From: Nemertoderma westbladi
Lineage: Eukaryota > Animalia > Xenacoelomorpha
Direction of reading: 5' to 3'
NCBI GenBank assembly: GCA_032718475.1
Contig: JAUCBJ010001919.1
Coordinates: 73,673-137,672 of the forward strand
Length of the DNA stretch: 64,000 nt
This document shows, piece after piece, positions 28,546 to 42,808 of the stretch. The position numbers and the translations under genes are program-made. The notes beneath the pieces are model-generated. The model had not been told where the DNA came from. It searched no databases and saw only the letters and a list, made by a program, of their open reading frames with translations. Each line of letters starts with the position of its first letter. The first letter of the stretch is position 1.

Positions 28546-28864
28546 ATATATATAGATATATATGCAAAAATTGCAGACCTTTTTTCTTAAAAAATTTAAA
28601 AGTTTCACTCTCAGCATCACTTGGAGTTTGCAGAGGCGATGTGAGGAATGAATCGTCGGTTTCTGATTCTAAAATTGTATCATGAAAGGGAAGTTCGGTA
28701 AAAATACAGCTATTGCAGAGAAAACTTGGCTCAAGATTGTTTCTGGTGGAGAATAAATTACTGCTTTTGATTTTAGTGTGAGGGTCAGCGGTCAGTGTTC
28801 AATATGTTTTCCGCTATTTTATTATTTTATTTTCTCCCCCAATGTTTTGTTGTGCTGGAGGTAA

Positions 28865-29801
<937 letters not shown>

Positions 29802-29814
29802 CTCTCTAAATTTA

Positions 29815-31811
29815 TTCACCGTTTTTGGTTCTGCCTTTTGCTTTCTACAGTATTTTTCACCGTTTTATGTTCTGCCTTTTGCTTTCTACAGTATTTTTAG
29901 CGTTTTAGGTTCTGCCTTTTGCTTTCTACAGCATTTTTCACCGTTTTGGTTTCTGCCTTTTGCTTTCTACAGCATTTTTCACCGTTTTTGGTTCTGCCTT
30001 TTGCTTTCTACAGCATTTTTCACCGTTTTTGGTTCTGCCTTTTGCTTTCTACAGCATTTTTCACCGTTTTAGGTTCTGCCTTTTGCTTTCTACAGCATTT
30101 TTCACCGTTTTTGGTTCTGCCTTTTGCGTTCTACAGTATTTATCACCGTTTTAGGTTCTGCCTTTTGCTTTCTACAACATTTTTCACCGTTTTTGGTTCT
30201 GCCTTTTGCGTTCTACAGTATTTTTCACCGTTTTAGGTTCTGCTTTTTGCTTTCTACAGCATTTTTCACCGTTTTAGGTTCTGTCTTTTGCTTTCTAAAG
30301 CATTTTTCACCGTTTTTGGTTCTGCCTTTTGCTTTCTACAGCACTTTTCACCGTTTTTGGTTCTGCCTTTTGCTTTCTACAGCATTTTTCGCCGGTTTTG
30401 GTTCTGCCTTATGCGTTCTACAGTATTTTTCACCGTTTTAGGTTCTGCCTTTTGCTTTCTACAGCATTTTTCACCGTTTTTGGTTCTGCCTTTTGCGTTC
30501 TACAGTATTTTTCACCGTTTTAGGTTCTGCCTTTTGCTTTCTACAGCATTTTTCACCGTTTTAGGTTCTGCCTTTTACTTTCTACAGTATTTTTCACCGT
30601 TTTAGGTTCTGTCTTTTGCTTTCTACAGCATTTTTCACCGTTTTTGGTTCTGCCTTTTGTTTTCTACAGTATTTTTCACCATTTTTGGTTTTGCCTTTCG
30701 CTTTCTACAGTATTTTTCACCGTTTTAGGTTCTGCCTTTTGCTTTCTACTGCACTTTTCACCGTTTTTGGTTCTGTCTTTTGCTTTCTACCGTATTTTTC
30801 ACCGTTTTAGGTTCTGACTTTAGCTTTCTACAGCATTTTTCACCGTTTTAGGTTCTGCCTTTTGCTTTCTACAGCACTTTTCACCGTTTTTGGTTCTGCC
30901 TTTTGCTTTCTACAGTATTTTTCACCGTTTTTGGTTCTGCCTTTTTCTTTCTACTGTATTTTTCACCGTTTTTGGTTCTACCTGTTGCTTTCTACAGTAT
31001 TTTTCACCGTTTTTGGTTCTGCCTTTTGCTTTCTACATCATTTTTCACCGTTTTTGGTTCTGCCTTTTGCTTTCTACAGCATTTTCCACAGTTTTTGGTT
31101 CTGCCTTTTGCATTCTACAGCATTTTTCACCGTTTTGGGTTCTGCCTTTTGCTTTCTACAGCATTTTTCACCGTTTTTGGTTCTGCCTTTTGCTTTCTAC
31201 TGTATTTTTCACCGTTTTAGGTTCTGCCTTTTGCTTTCTACAGTATTTTTCACCGTTTTTGGTTCTGCCTTTTTCTTTCTACTGTATTTTTTCACCGTTT
31301 TTGGTTCTACCTGTTGCTTTCTACAGTATTTTTCACCGTTTTTGGTTCTGCCTTTTGCTTTCTACAGTATTTTTCACCGTTTTTGGTTCTACCTGTTGCT
31401 TTCTACAGTATTTTTCACCGTTTTTGGTTCTGCCTTTTGCTTTCTACAGCATTTTTCACCGTTTTAGGTTCTGACTTTAGCGTTATGCAGTATTTTTCAC
31501 CGTTTTTGGTTCTACCTGTTGCTTTCTACAGTATTTTTCACCGTTTTTGGTTCTGCCTTTTGCTTTCTACAGTATTTTTCACCGTTTTTGGTTCTACCTG
31601 TTGCTTTCTACAGTATTTTTCACCGTTTTTGGTTCTGCCTTTTGCTTTCTACAGCATTTTTCACCGTTTTAGGTTCTGACTTTAGCGTTATGCAGTATTT
31701 TTCACCGTTTTTGGTTCTGCCTTTTGCTTTCTACAGTATTTTTCACTGTTTTAGGTTCTGCCTTTTGCTTTATACACTATATTTTTCACCTTTTTACTTT
31801 TAGGTTCAGCT
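29815..31811 (+). repeat. 41-bp pyrimidine-rich minisatellite (~48 copies) resembling the intron 3 acceptor and exon 4 start
   Basis: Unit TTTTCACCGTTTT(A/T)G|GTTCTGCCTTTTGCTTTCTACAG(C/T)AT grades into the real acceptor ttttcacctttttacttttag|GTTCAGCTTTG. Confidence 0.95.
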
Positions 31812-32198
31812 TTGGGGGTTTCCTTTGGCTACTGGCTTGGCGTTTCTTTCCTTTTATTTATATTCGTAAACTTGTTCAACGCCCCCTTACGATTAGTTGA
31901 GATATTGCATCTAACAGGGTACTCCCTATTCAGCCACTGCGTGGTGCTACTAACTTCCACAGTTATACATCCAGTCCACTCTCACAACTTTTTCTACCTG
32001 CTCTGTGCGACCTTTGGAGGTCTGTCTGGATTGCGGTTGGTCTCGGTATATATGCGATCCCCAGTGTCTAGGAACCAGCGGCTCCTTGTCTCTGTAACTG
32101 CAGTCTCATTACATGTACTCTTTATGTTGTATCTTCACTTTGCTTATCACCAAACTGTTACCACCATTGACGGTGTACTTGGTGCAATTGATATTTAA
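31804..32198 (+). CDS. YIPF3: YIPF3-like, exon 4 (spliced CDS 1002 nt, 333 aa)
   Basis: Encodes GSALGVSFGYWLGVS...GYSLFSHCVVL...GGLSGLRL...LHVLFMLYLHFAYH, matching the YIPF3 transmembrane region. Exon phases 1/2/1 give one continuous frame ending at TAA 32198. Confidence 0.93.
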
Positions 32199-32634
32199 AC
32201 TTATTGTGGTTTATAGACTATATCGTTTTTTGCTTTAATTTATTTTTTGCGGGTTCATTTCATACAATATACCAGGGATCTCATTTTCCCGACCGTTTAT
32301 TTTATTTGTTGTCCCCAGGCCAGGTTCGGCCACCATTGTTGTCCCGTGACTAACTCAAATCACACTGATCGCACTCGGGTTCTAACCGCAATAGTCGCTT
32401 TAGTGGTGTAGACAACTTCAAAATACAAACATATCGACCAGACCTTTAATATCCGGGGTGGTATAACGAAACAAAACAAAATACAACTTCATTTTCGTTT
32501 CATAAATTTCGTTGTATTGTATAAAACAAATTTTCATTTCATTTCAATTCGATTTTTTATCATTTTTGTTGAATGTTTTTATAAAATTTTTTTTTTCTAA
32601 ATTTTAAATTCGTTTCGTTTTTTTGTTCTATTTT

Positions 32635-35600
32635 TACGGAGCCCCTAAAGGGACATGAAAAAAAATGTTCTTATCTCGGTCCCCGACTTAATAACTCGGG
32701 CCCCGAGATAACCAACCAATCAGTGAGTTGAATTATCTCGGGCCCGACTTAATAACTCGGGCCCCGAGATAACCAAGCAATCAGTGAGTTGAATTATCTC
32801 GGGCCCCGACTTAATAACTCGGGCCCCGAGATAACCAACCAATCAGTGAGTTGAATTATCTCGGGCCCCGACTTAATAACTCGGGCCCAGAGATAACCAA
32901 CCAATAAGTGAGTTGAATTATCTCGGGCCCCGACTTAATAACTCGGGCCCTGAGATAACCAACCAATCAGTGAGTTGAATTATCTCGGGCCCCGACTTAA
33001 TAACTCGGGCCCAGAGATAACCAACCAATAAGTGAGTTGAATTATCTCGGGCCCCGACTTAATAACTCGGGCCCAGAGATAACCAACTAATAAGTGAGTT
33101 GAATTATTTCGGGCCCCGACTTAATAACTCGGGCCCTGAGATAACCAACCAATCAGTGAGTTGAATTATCTCGGGCCCCGACTTAATAACTCGGGCCCCG
33201 AGATAACCAACCAATCAGTGAGTTGAATTATCTCGGGCCCCGACTTAATAACTCGGGCCCTGAGATAACCAACCAATCAGTGAGTTGAATTATCTCGGGC
33301 CCCGACTTAATAACTCGGGCCCCGAGATAACCAACCAATCAGTGAGTTGAATTATCTCGGGCCCCGACTTAATAACTCGGGCCCCGAGATAACCAACCAA
33401 TCAGTGAGTTGAATTATCTCGGGCCCGACTTAATAACTCGGGCCCTGAGATAACCAACCAATCAGGGAGTTTAATTATCTCGGCCCCCGACTTAATAAAA
33501 CTCGGGCCCCGAGATAACCAACCAATCAGTGAGTAGGTGAATTATCTCGGGCCCCGACTTAATAACTCGGGCCCCGAGATAACCAACCAATCAGTGAGTT
33601 GAATTATCTCGGGCCCGACTTAATAACTCGGGCCCTGAGATAACCAACCAATCAGTGAGTTTAATTATCTCGGCCCCCGACTTAATAAAACTCGGGCCCC
33701 GAGATAACCAACCAATCAGTGAGTTGAATTATCTCGGGCCCGACTTAATAACTCGGGCCCTGAGATAACCAACCAATCAGGGAGTTTAATTATCTCGGCC
33801 CCCGACTTAATAAAACTCGGGCCCTGAGATAACCAACCAATCAGTGAGTTTAATTATCTCGGCCCCCGACTTAATAACTCGGGCCCCGAGATAACCAACC
33901 AATCAGTGAGTTGAATTATCTCGGGCCCCGACTTAATAACTCGGGCCCCGAGATAACCAACCAATCAGTGAGTTGAATTATCTCGGGCCCGACTTAATAA
34001 CTCGGGCCCTGAGATAACCAACCAATCAGGGAGTTTAATTATCTCGGCCCCCGACTTAATAAAACTCGGGCCCCGAGATAACCAACCAATCAGTGAGTAG
34101 GTGAATTATCTCGGGCCCCGACTTAATAACTCGGGCCCTGAGATAACCAACCAATCAGTGAGTTGAATTATCTCGGGCCCGACTTAATAACTCGGGCCCT
34201 GAGATAACCAACCAATCAGTGAGTTTAATTATCTCGGCCCCCGACTTAATAAAACTCGGCCTCCGAGATAACCAACCAATCAGTGAGTTGAATTATCTCG
34301 GGCCCCGACTTAATAACTCGGGCCCCGAGATAACCAACCAATCACTGAGTTGAATTATCTCGGGCCCCGACTTAATAACTCGGGCCCCGAGATAACCAAC
34401 CAATCAGTGAGTTGAATTATCTCGGGCCCGCCTTAATAACTCGGGCCCTGAGATAACCAACCAATCAGTGAGTTGAATTATCTCGGGCCCCGACTTAATA
34501 ACTCGGGCCCCGAGATAACCAACCAATCAGTGAGTTGAATTATCTCGGGCCCCGAGATAATCAACCAATCAGTGAGTTGAATTATCTCGAGCCCCGACTT
34601 AATAACTCGGCCCCTGAGATAACCAACCAATCAGTGAGTTGAATTATCTCGGGCCCGACTTAATAACTCGGGCCCCGAGATAACCAACCAATCAGTGAGT
34701 TGAATTATCTCGGGCCCGACTTAATAACTCGGCCCCTGAGATAACCAACCAATCAGTGAGTTGAATTATCTCGGGCCCGACTTAATAACTCGGGCCCCGA
34801 GATAACCAACCAATCAGTGAGTTGAATTATCTCGGGCCCCGACATAATCAACCAATCAGTGAGTTGAATTATCTCGGGCCCGACTTAATAACTCGGGCCC
34901 CGAGATACCCAACCAATCAGTGAGTTGAATTATCTCGGGCCCCGACTTAATAACTCGGGCCCCGAGATAACCAACCAATCAGTGAGTTGAATTATCTCGG
35001 GCCCGACTTAATAACTCGGGCCCTGAGATAACCAACCAATCAGTGAGTTTAATTATCTCGGCCCCCGACTTAATAAAACTCGGGCCCCGAGATAACCAAC
35101 CAATCAGTGAGTTGAATTATCTCGGGCCCGACTTAATAACTCGGGCCCTGAGATAACCAACCAATCAGGGAGTTTAATTATCTCGGCCCCCGACTTAATA
35201 AAACTCGGGCCCTGAGATAACCAACCAATCAGTGAGTTTAATTATCTCGGCCCCCGACTTAATAACTCGGGCCCCGAGATAACCAACCAATCAGTGAGTT
35301 GAATTATCTCGGGCCCCGACTTAATAACTCGGGCCCCGAGATAACCAACCAATCAGTGAGTTGAATTATCTCGGGCCCGACTTAATAACTCGGGCCCTGA
35401 GATAACCAACCAATCAGGGAGTTTAATTATCTCGGCCCCCGACTTAATAAAACTCGGGCCCCGAGATAACCAACCAATCAGTGAGTAGGTGAATTATCTC
35501 GGGCCCCGACTTAATAACTCGGGCCCTGAGATAACCAACCAATCAGTGAGTTGAATTATCTCGGGCCCGACTTAATAACTCGGGCCCTGAGATAACCAAC

Positions 35601-38600
35601 CAATCAGTGAGTTTAATTATCTCGGCCCCCGACTTAATAAAACTCGGCCTCCGAGATAACCAACCAATCAGTGAGTTGAATTATCTCGGGCCCCGACTTA
35701 ATAACTCGGGCCCCGAGATAACCAACCAATCACTGAGTTGAATTATCTCGGGCCCCGACTTAATAACTCGGGCCCCGAGATAACCAACCAATCAGTGAGT
35801 TGAATTATCTCGGGCCCGCCTTAATAACTCGGGCCCTGAGATAACCAACCAATCAGTGAGTTGAATTATCTCGGGCCCCGACTTAATAACTCGGGCCCCG
35901 AGATAACCAACCAATCAGTGAGTTGAATTATCTCGGGCCCCGAGATAATCAACCAATCAGTGAGTTGAATTATCTCGAGCCCCGACTTAATAACTCGGCC
36001 CCTGAGATAACCAACCAATCAGTGAGTTGAATTATCTCGGGCCCGACTTAATAACTCGGGCCCCGAGATAACCAACCAATCAGTGAGTTGAATTATCTCG
36101 GGCCCGACTTAATAACTCGGCCCCTGAGATAACCAACCAATCAGTGAGTTGAATTATCTCGGGCCCGACTTAATAACTCGGGCCCCGAGATAACCAACCA
36201 ATCAGTGAGTTGAATTATCTCGGGCCCCGACATAATCAACCAATCAGTGAGTTGAATTATCTCGGGCCCGACTTAATAACTCGGGCCCCGAGATACCCAA
36301 CCAATCAGTGAGTTGAATTATCTCGGGCCCCGACTTAATAACTCGGGCCCCGAGATAACCAACCAATCAGTGAGTTGAATTATCTCGGGCCCGACTTAAT
36401 AACTCGGGCCCCGAGATAACCAACCAATCAGTGAGTTGAATTATCTCGGGCCCGACTTAATAACTCGGCCCCTGAGATAACCAACCAATCAGTGAGTTGA
36501 ATTATCTCGGGCCCCGACTTAATAACTCGGCCCCTGAGATAACCAACCAATCAGTGTGTTAAATTATCTCGGGCCCCGAGATAATCAACCAATCAGTGAG
36601 TTGAATTATCTCGGGCCCGACTTAATAAATCGGGCCCTGAGATAACCAACCAATCAGTGAGTTGAATTATCTCGGGCCCCGACTTAATAAATCGGGCCCT
36701 GAGATAACCAACCAATCAGTGAGTTGAATTATCTCGGGCCCGACTTAATAACTCGGCCCCTGAGATAACCAACCAATCAGTGAGTTGAATTATCTCGGGC
36801 CCCGAGATAATCAACCAATCAGTGAGTTGAATTATCTCGGGCCCGACTTAATAACTCGGGCCCCGAGATAACCAACCAATCAGTGAGTTGAATTATCTCG
36901 GGCCCCGACTTAATAAATCGGGCCCTGAGATAACCAACCAATCAGTGAGTTGAATTATCTCGGCCCCCGACTTAATAAAACTCGGGCCCCGAGATAACCA
37001 ACCATTCAGTGAGTTGAATTATCTCGGGCCCCGAGATAATCAACCAATCAGTGAGTTGAATTATCTCGAGCTCCGACTTAATAACTCGGCCCCTGAGATA
37101 ACCAACCAATCAGTGAGTTGAATTATCTCGGGCCCCGACTTAATAACTCGGCCCCTGAGATAACCAACCAATCAGTGAGTTAAATTATCTCGGGCCCCGA
37201 GATAATCAACCAATCAGTGAGTTGAATTATCTCGGGCCCGACTTAATAAATCGGGCCCTGAGATAACCAACCAATCAGTGAGTTGAATTATCTCGGGCCC
37301 CGACTTAATAAATCGGGCCCTGAGATAACCAACCAATCAGTGAGTTGAATTATCTCGGGCCCCGACTTAATAAATCGGGCCCTGAGATAACCAACCAATC
37401 AGTGAGTTGAATTATCTCGGGCCCGACTTAATAACTCGGCCCCTGAGATAACCAACCAATCAGTGAGTTGAATTATTTCGGGCCCCGACTTAATAACTCG
37501 GGCCCCGAGATAACCAACCAATCAGTGAGTTGAATTATCTCGGGCCCCGACTTAACTCGGCCCCTGAGATAACCAACCAATCAGTGAGTTGAATTATCTC
37601 GGGCCCCGAGATAACCAACCAATCAGTGAGTTGAATTATCTCGGGCCCCGACTTAATAAATCGGGCCCTGAGATAACCAACCAATCAGTGAGTTGAATTA
37701 TCTCGGCCCCCGACTTAATAAAACTCGGGCCCCGAGATAACCAACCATTCAGTGAGTTGAATTATCTCGGGCCCCGAGATAATCAACCAATCAGTGAGTT
37801 GAATTATCTCGAGCTCCGACTTAATAACTCGGCCCCTGAGATAACCAACCAATCAGTGAGTTGAATTATCTCGGGCCCCGACTTAATAACTCGGCCCCTG
37901 AGATAACCAACCAATCAGTGAGTTGAATTATCTCGGGCCCCGACTTAATCAACCAATCAGTGAGTTGAATTATCTCGGGCCCGACTTAATAACTCGGGCC
38001 CCGAGATAACCAACCAATCAGTGAATTGAATTATCTCGGGCCCCGACTTCATAACTCGGGCCCCGAGATAACCAACCAATCAGTGAGTTGAATTATCTCG
38101 GGCCCCGAGATAACCAACCAATCAGTGAGTTGAATTATCTCGGGCCCCGACTTAATAACTCGGGCCCCGAGATAACCAATCAATCAGTGAGTTGAATTAT
38201 CTCGGGCCCCGACTTAATAACTCGGGCCCCGAGATAACCAATCAATCAGTGAGTTGAATTATCTCGGGCCCCGACTTAATAACTCGGGCCCCGAGATAAC
38301 CAACCAATCAGTGAGTTGAATTATCTCGGGCCCCGACTTAATAACTCGGGCCCCGAGATAACCAATCAATCAGTGAGTTGAATTATCTCGGGCCCCGACT
38401 TAATAACTCGGGCCCCGAGATAACCAACCAATCAGTGAGTTGAATTATCTCGGGCCCCGACTTAATAACTCGGGCCCCGAGATAACCAATCAATCAGTGA
38501 GTTGAATTATCTCGGGCCCCGACTTAATAACTCGGGCCCCGAGATAACCAACCAATCAGTGAGTTGAATTATCTCGGGCCCCGAGATAACCAACCAATCA

Positions 38601-39058
38601 GTGAGTTGAATTATCTCGGGCCCCAATTTAATAACTCGGGCCCCGAGAAAACTAACCAATCAGTGAGCTTAATTATCTCGGGCCCCGACATAATAACTCG
38701 GGCCCCGAGAAAACTAACCAATCAGTGAGTTTAATTATCTCGGGCCCCGACATAATAACTCGGGCCCCGAGATAACCAACCAATCAGTGAGTTTAATTAT
38801 CTGGGGGCCCCGGGATTTTTTAATAGAAGGCTTGTGTGACATGTGTTGTTGTCAATCTGAGCGAGTTGAAGTGCTTAGGGTTGTCCTGTACTTGTACTGC
38901 ACTATGCCTATCCTATCTGCATATAGGATTACTGAATTAGATCCCGAGATGATTTAACTAACTGATTGGTTGATTATCTAGGGGCCCGAGTAATTAAGTC
39001 GGGGCCCAAGATAATAAAAAAATAAAAATATTTTTCATGCCCCTTTATGGGCTCCGTA
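32635..39058. mobile_element. Non-autonomous TIR DNA transposon (MITE/foldback-like) with expanded subterminal repeat
   Basis: Left end TACGGAGCCCCTAAAGGGACATGAAAAA and right end TTTTTCATGCCCCTTTATGGGCTCCGTA. The right arm carries one inverted copy of the 62-bp unit (~38943-39014). No ORF. Confidence 0.85.
32671..38815. repeat. 62-bp satellite (~100 units, with ~42-bp deletion variants) inside the left arm of the TIR element
   Basis: Unit GAGATAACCAACCAATCAGTGAGTTGAATTATCTCGGGCCCCGACTTAATAACTCGGGCCCC. Confidence 0.97.
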
Positions 39059-39316
39059 ATTTATCTAATAATTCGCATGTCGATCTTTACGGATGCATGT
39101 AGGTAAATATTGTCAAAATCTATTGATTATTACAAAACGGTGGTCCTTGTACACCTTACAATGTACTTACACTGCCGTAAACAACATACCGGTATCCGTA
39201 ACACAGACTGTAAGGTTTACGTGAGTGATGATGATGTATGATATTGTGTTAATAGTTTGCGCATTCTTAACATTTTGTGCTTTATGTCGAAAACTAATTA
39301 GTCCACTTACATTTTG

Positions 39317-41694
39317 ATTGTGTCTAAACCGGAGATTCGGTATCGGGCTGTGGTATAGTCATTGTGTCTACACCCGAGATTCGGTATCGGGCTATGGTAT
39401 AGTCATTGTGTCTACACCCGAGATTCGGTATCGGGCTATGGTATAGTCATTGTGTCTAAACCCGAGATTCGGTATCGGGCTATGGTATAGTCATTGTGTC
39501 TACACCGGAGATTCGGTATCGGGCTATGGTATAGTCATTGTGTGTACACCGGAGATTCGGTATCGGGCTGTGGTATAGTCATTGTGTCTACACCGGAGAT
39601 TCGGTATCGGGCTGTGGTATAGTCATTGTGTCTACACCGGAGATTCGGTATCGGGCTATGGTATAGTCATTGTGTCTACACCCGAGATTCGGTATCGGGC
39701 TATGGTATAGTCATTGTGTCTACACCGGAGATTCGGTATCGGGCTATGGTATAGTCATTGTGTCTACACCGGAGATTCGGTATCGGGCTATGGTATAGTC
39801 ATTGTGTCTACACCCGAGATTCGGTATCGGGCTATGGTATAGTCATTGTGTCTATACCGGAGATTCGGTATCGGGCTGTGGTATAGTCATTGTGTCTACA
39901 CCCGAGATTCGGTATCGGGCTATGGTATAGTCATTGTGTCTACACCGGAGATTCGGTATCGGGCTATGGTATAGTCATTGTGTCTACACCGGAGATTCGG
40001 TATCGGGCTGTGGTATAGTCATTGTGTCTACACCCGAGATTCGGTATCGGGCTATGGTATAGTCATTGTGTCTACACCGGAGATTCGGTATCGGGCTATG
40101 GTATAGTCATTGTGTCTACACCCGAGATTCGGTATCGGGCTATGGTATAGTCATTGTGTCTACACCGGAGATTCGGTATCGGGCTGTGGTATAGTCATTG
40201 TGTCTACACCCGAGATTCGGTATCGGGCTATGGTATAGTCATTGTGTCTACACCCGAGATTCGGTATCGGGCTATGGTATAGTCATTGTGTCTACACCGG
40301 AGATTCGGTATCGGGCTGTGGTATAGTCATTGTGTCTACACCCGAGATTCGGTATCGGGCTGTGGTATAGTCATTGTGTCTACACCCGAGATTCGGTATC
40401 GGGCTATGGTATAGTCATTGTGTCTACACCCGAGATTCGGTATCGGGCTGTGGTATAGTCATTGTGTCTACACCGGAGATTCGGTATCGGGCTGTGGTAT
40501 AGTCATTGTGTCTACACCCGAGATTCGGTATCGGGCTATGGTATAGTCATTGTGTCTACACCCGAGATTCGGTATCGGGCTATGGTATAGTCATTGTGTC
40601 TACACCGGAGATTCGGTATCGGGCTATGGTATAGTCATTGTGTCTACACCGGAGATTCGGTATCGGGCTATGGTATAGTCATTGTGTCTACACCGGAGAT
40701 TCGGTATCGGGCTATGGTATAGTCATTGTGTCTACACCGGAGATTCGGTATCGGGCTGTGGTATAGTCATTGTGTCTACACCCGAGATTCGGTATCGGGC
40801 TGTGGTATAGTCATTGTGTCTACACCGGAGATTCGGTATCGGGCTGTGGTATAGTCATTGTGTCTACACCCGAGATTCGGTATCGGGCTATGGTATAGTC
40901 ATTGTGTCTACACCCGAGATTCGGTATCGGGCTATGGTATAGTCATTGTGTCTACACCGGAGATTCGGTATCGGGCTATGGTATAGTCATTGTGTCTACA
41001 CCGGAGATTCGGTATCGGGCTATGGTATAGTCATTGTGTCTACACCGGAGATTCGGTATCGGGCTATGGTATAGTCATTGTGTCTACACCGGAGATTCGG
41101 TATCGGGCTGTGGTATAGTCATTGTGTCTACACCCGAGATTCGGTATCGGGCTGTGGTATAGTCATTGTGTCTACACCCGAGATTCGGTATCGGGCTATG
41201 GTATAGTCATTGTGTCTACACCGGAGATTCGGTATCGGGCTATGGTATAGTCATTGTGTCTAAACCCGAGATTCGGTATCGGGCTATGGTATAGTCATTG
41301 TGTCTACACCGGAGATTCGGTATCGGGCTATGGTATAGTCATTGTGTCTACACCGGAGATTCGGTATCGGGCTATGGTATAGTCATTGTGTCTACACCCG
41401 AGATTCGGTATCGGGCTATGGTATAGTCATTGTGTCTACACCGGAGATTCGGTATCGGGCTATGGTATAGTCATTGTGTCTACACCGGAGATTCGGTATC
41501 GGGCTATGGTATAGTCATTGTGTCTACACCCGAGATTCGGTATCGGGCTGTGGTATAGTCATTGTGTCTACACCCGAGATTCGGTATCGGGCTATGGTAT
41601 AGTCATTGTGTCTACACCGGAGATTCGGTATCGGGCTATGGTATAGTCATTGTGTCTACACCCGAGATTCGGTATCGGGCTATGGTATAGTCAT
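39317..41694. repeat. 44-bp minisatellite (~54 copies)
   Basis: Unit ATTGTGTCTACACC(C/G)GAGATTCGGTATCGGGCT(A/G)TGGTATAGTC. Confidence 0.98.
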
Positions 41695-42808
41695 AGTCAA
41701 GGACATTTGACGATTAATTTTGGTGTCAATTGCTTTTATGGGATTGATGACGTAGATGTTAGTTCGAGCCTACTTTCTTACACCTTTTGTGGCATATATC
41801 TAGACAATGATGTCATTATATTCTTGTTTAGATGGTAGATGACCTGAATCCAAGGTCTCCGGGAGATATGAATTCAATATAATTAATAATATACTGCCAA
41901 AATAATGTGTTTTGGATTGTTTTATATATAATTTGGTGAAAATGTAAGATTTATTCAGAAAGTGAATTATTTGGTGCAAATCCGATCTATTTGGTTTTTT
42001 ATTATTTTTTGCAACAACTTTAATTGGTTTATCTCTAATACATACTTGATGAATATCACAAAATTATATTCATTGAAAATGTAATTGCTATTTCTAAAGC
42101 TATATTATGTGTCATTTGCTCTTGCGCAAGTCCCCCCACTACTGGGAGGCTTACTGTAATATCATGCATGATATGCAATTGGATGCAACCAAAAGGCCCA
42201 TCATTAATAACAACAAACTCCTTTCTCTCCGTGTGCTAAACGTGCCAAACACCACAAATGTGTGTATTTATCATTCTTACAGTAATCATTAGGTTACGCC
42301 TTCATATCGTTGTGGTGGGTTTTTCTTTGTTTAGCATCAAAATGGAATGAAATACAATAGGAATTATGACGCAAGTGTTACAACTGAGGGTGTTACTGAA
42401 CACACCCAGTCTCTTATCTTTCCAAACATTACACACGGAGCATAAACATAGGGAAATGTGTCCATTAATGAGAGGAGATCCTGGCGAGTGCAGTTCATCG
42501 CGATTGCATCAATTAATTCATTGCAAAGCGCCAGCGATACTAACCAACGATTTGTAATATCGTTAACACGGAGAGCTCGGCCTATGGTGTCTCGTCGCCT
42601 ACAGCCGCACCCTGTGTGCGCACCAGGGACCCCCCCCCCCCCCCCCCCTCCCCCCTCCTAATATAATACAGGGTAAAACAGCCTCGTCATAGTGATGATA
42701 ACAGGCGAAACCCATCGCAACTGTTGTACCGGAATAAATCTAACAATAAATTAAACATATTAGCTGTCCAGATTAATGGAAAACCATCGGGGTTATAGCA
42801 TTACGTAG

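Noticed and set aside
41695-41870. Minus-strand coding-looking frame with in-frame TAGs (possible stop reassignment)
   Set aside because: No recognisable homology, the region is short, and the YIPF3 CDS has no internal stops, so there is no support for a variant code.
42630-42658. Poly-C tract and poly-Pro ORF end
   Set aside because: It is a simple homopolymer, and the ORF is short with no homology.
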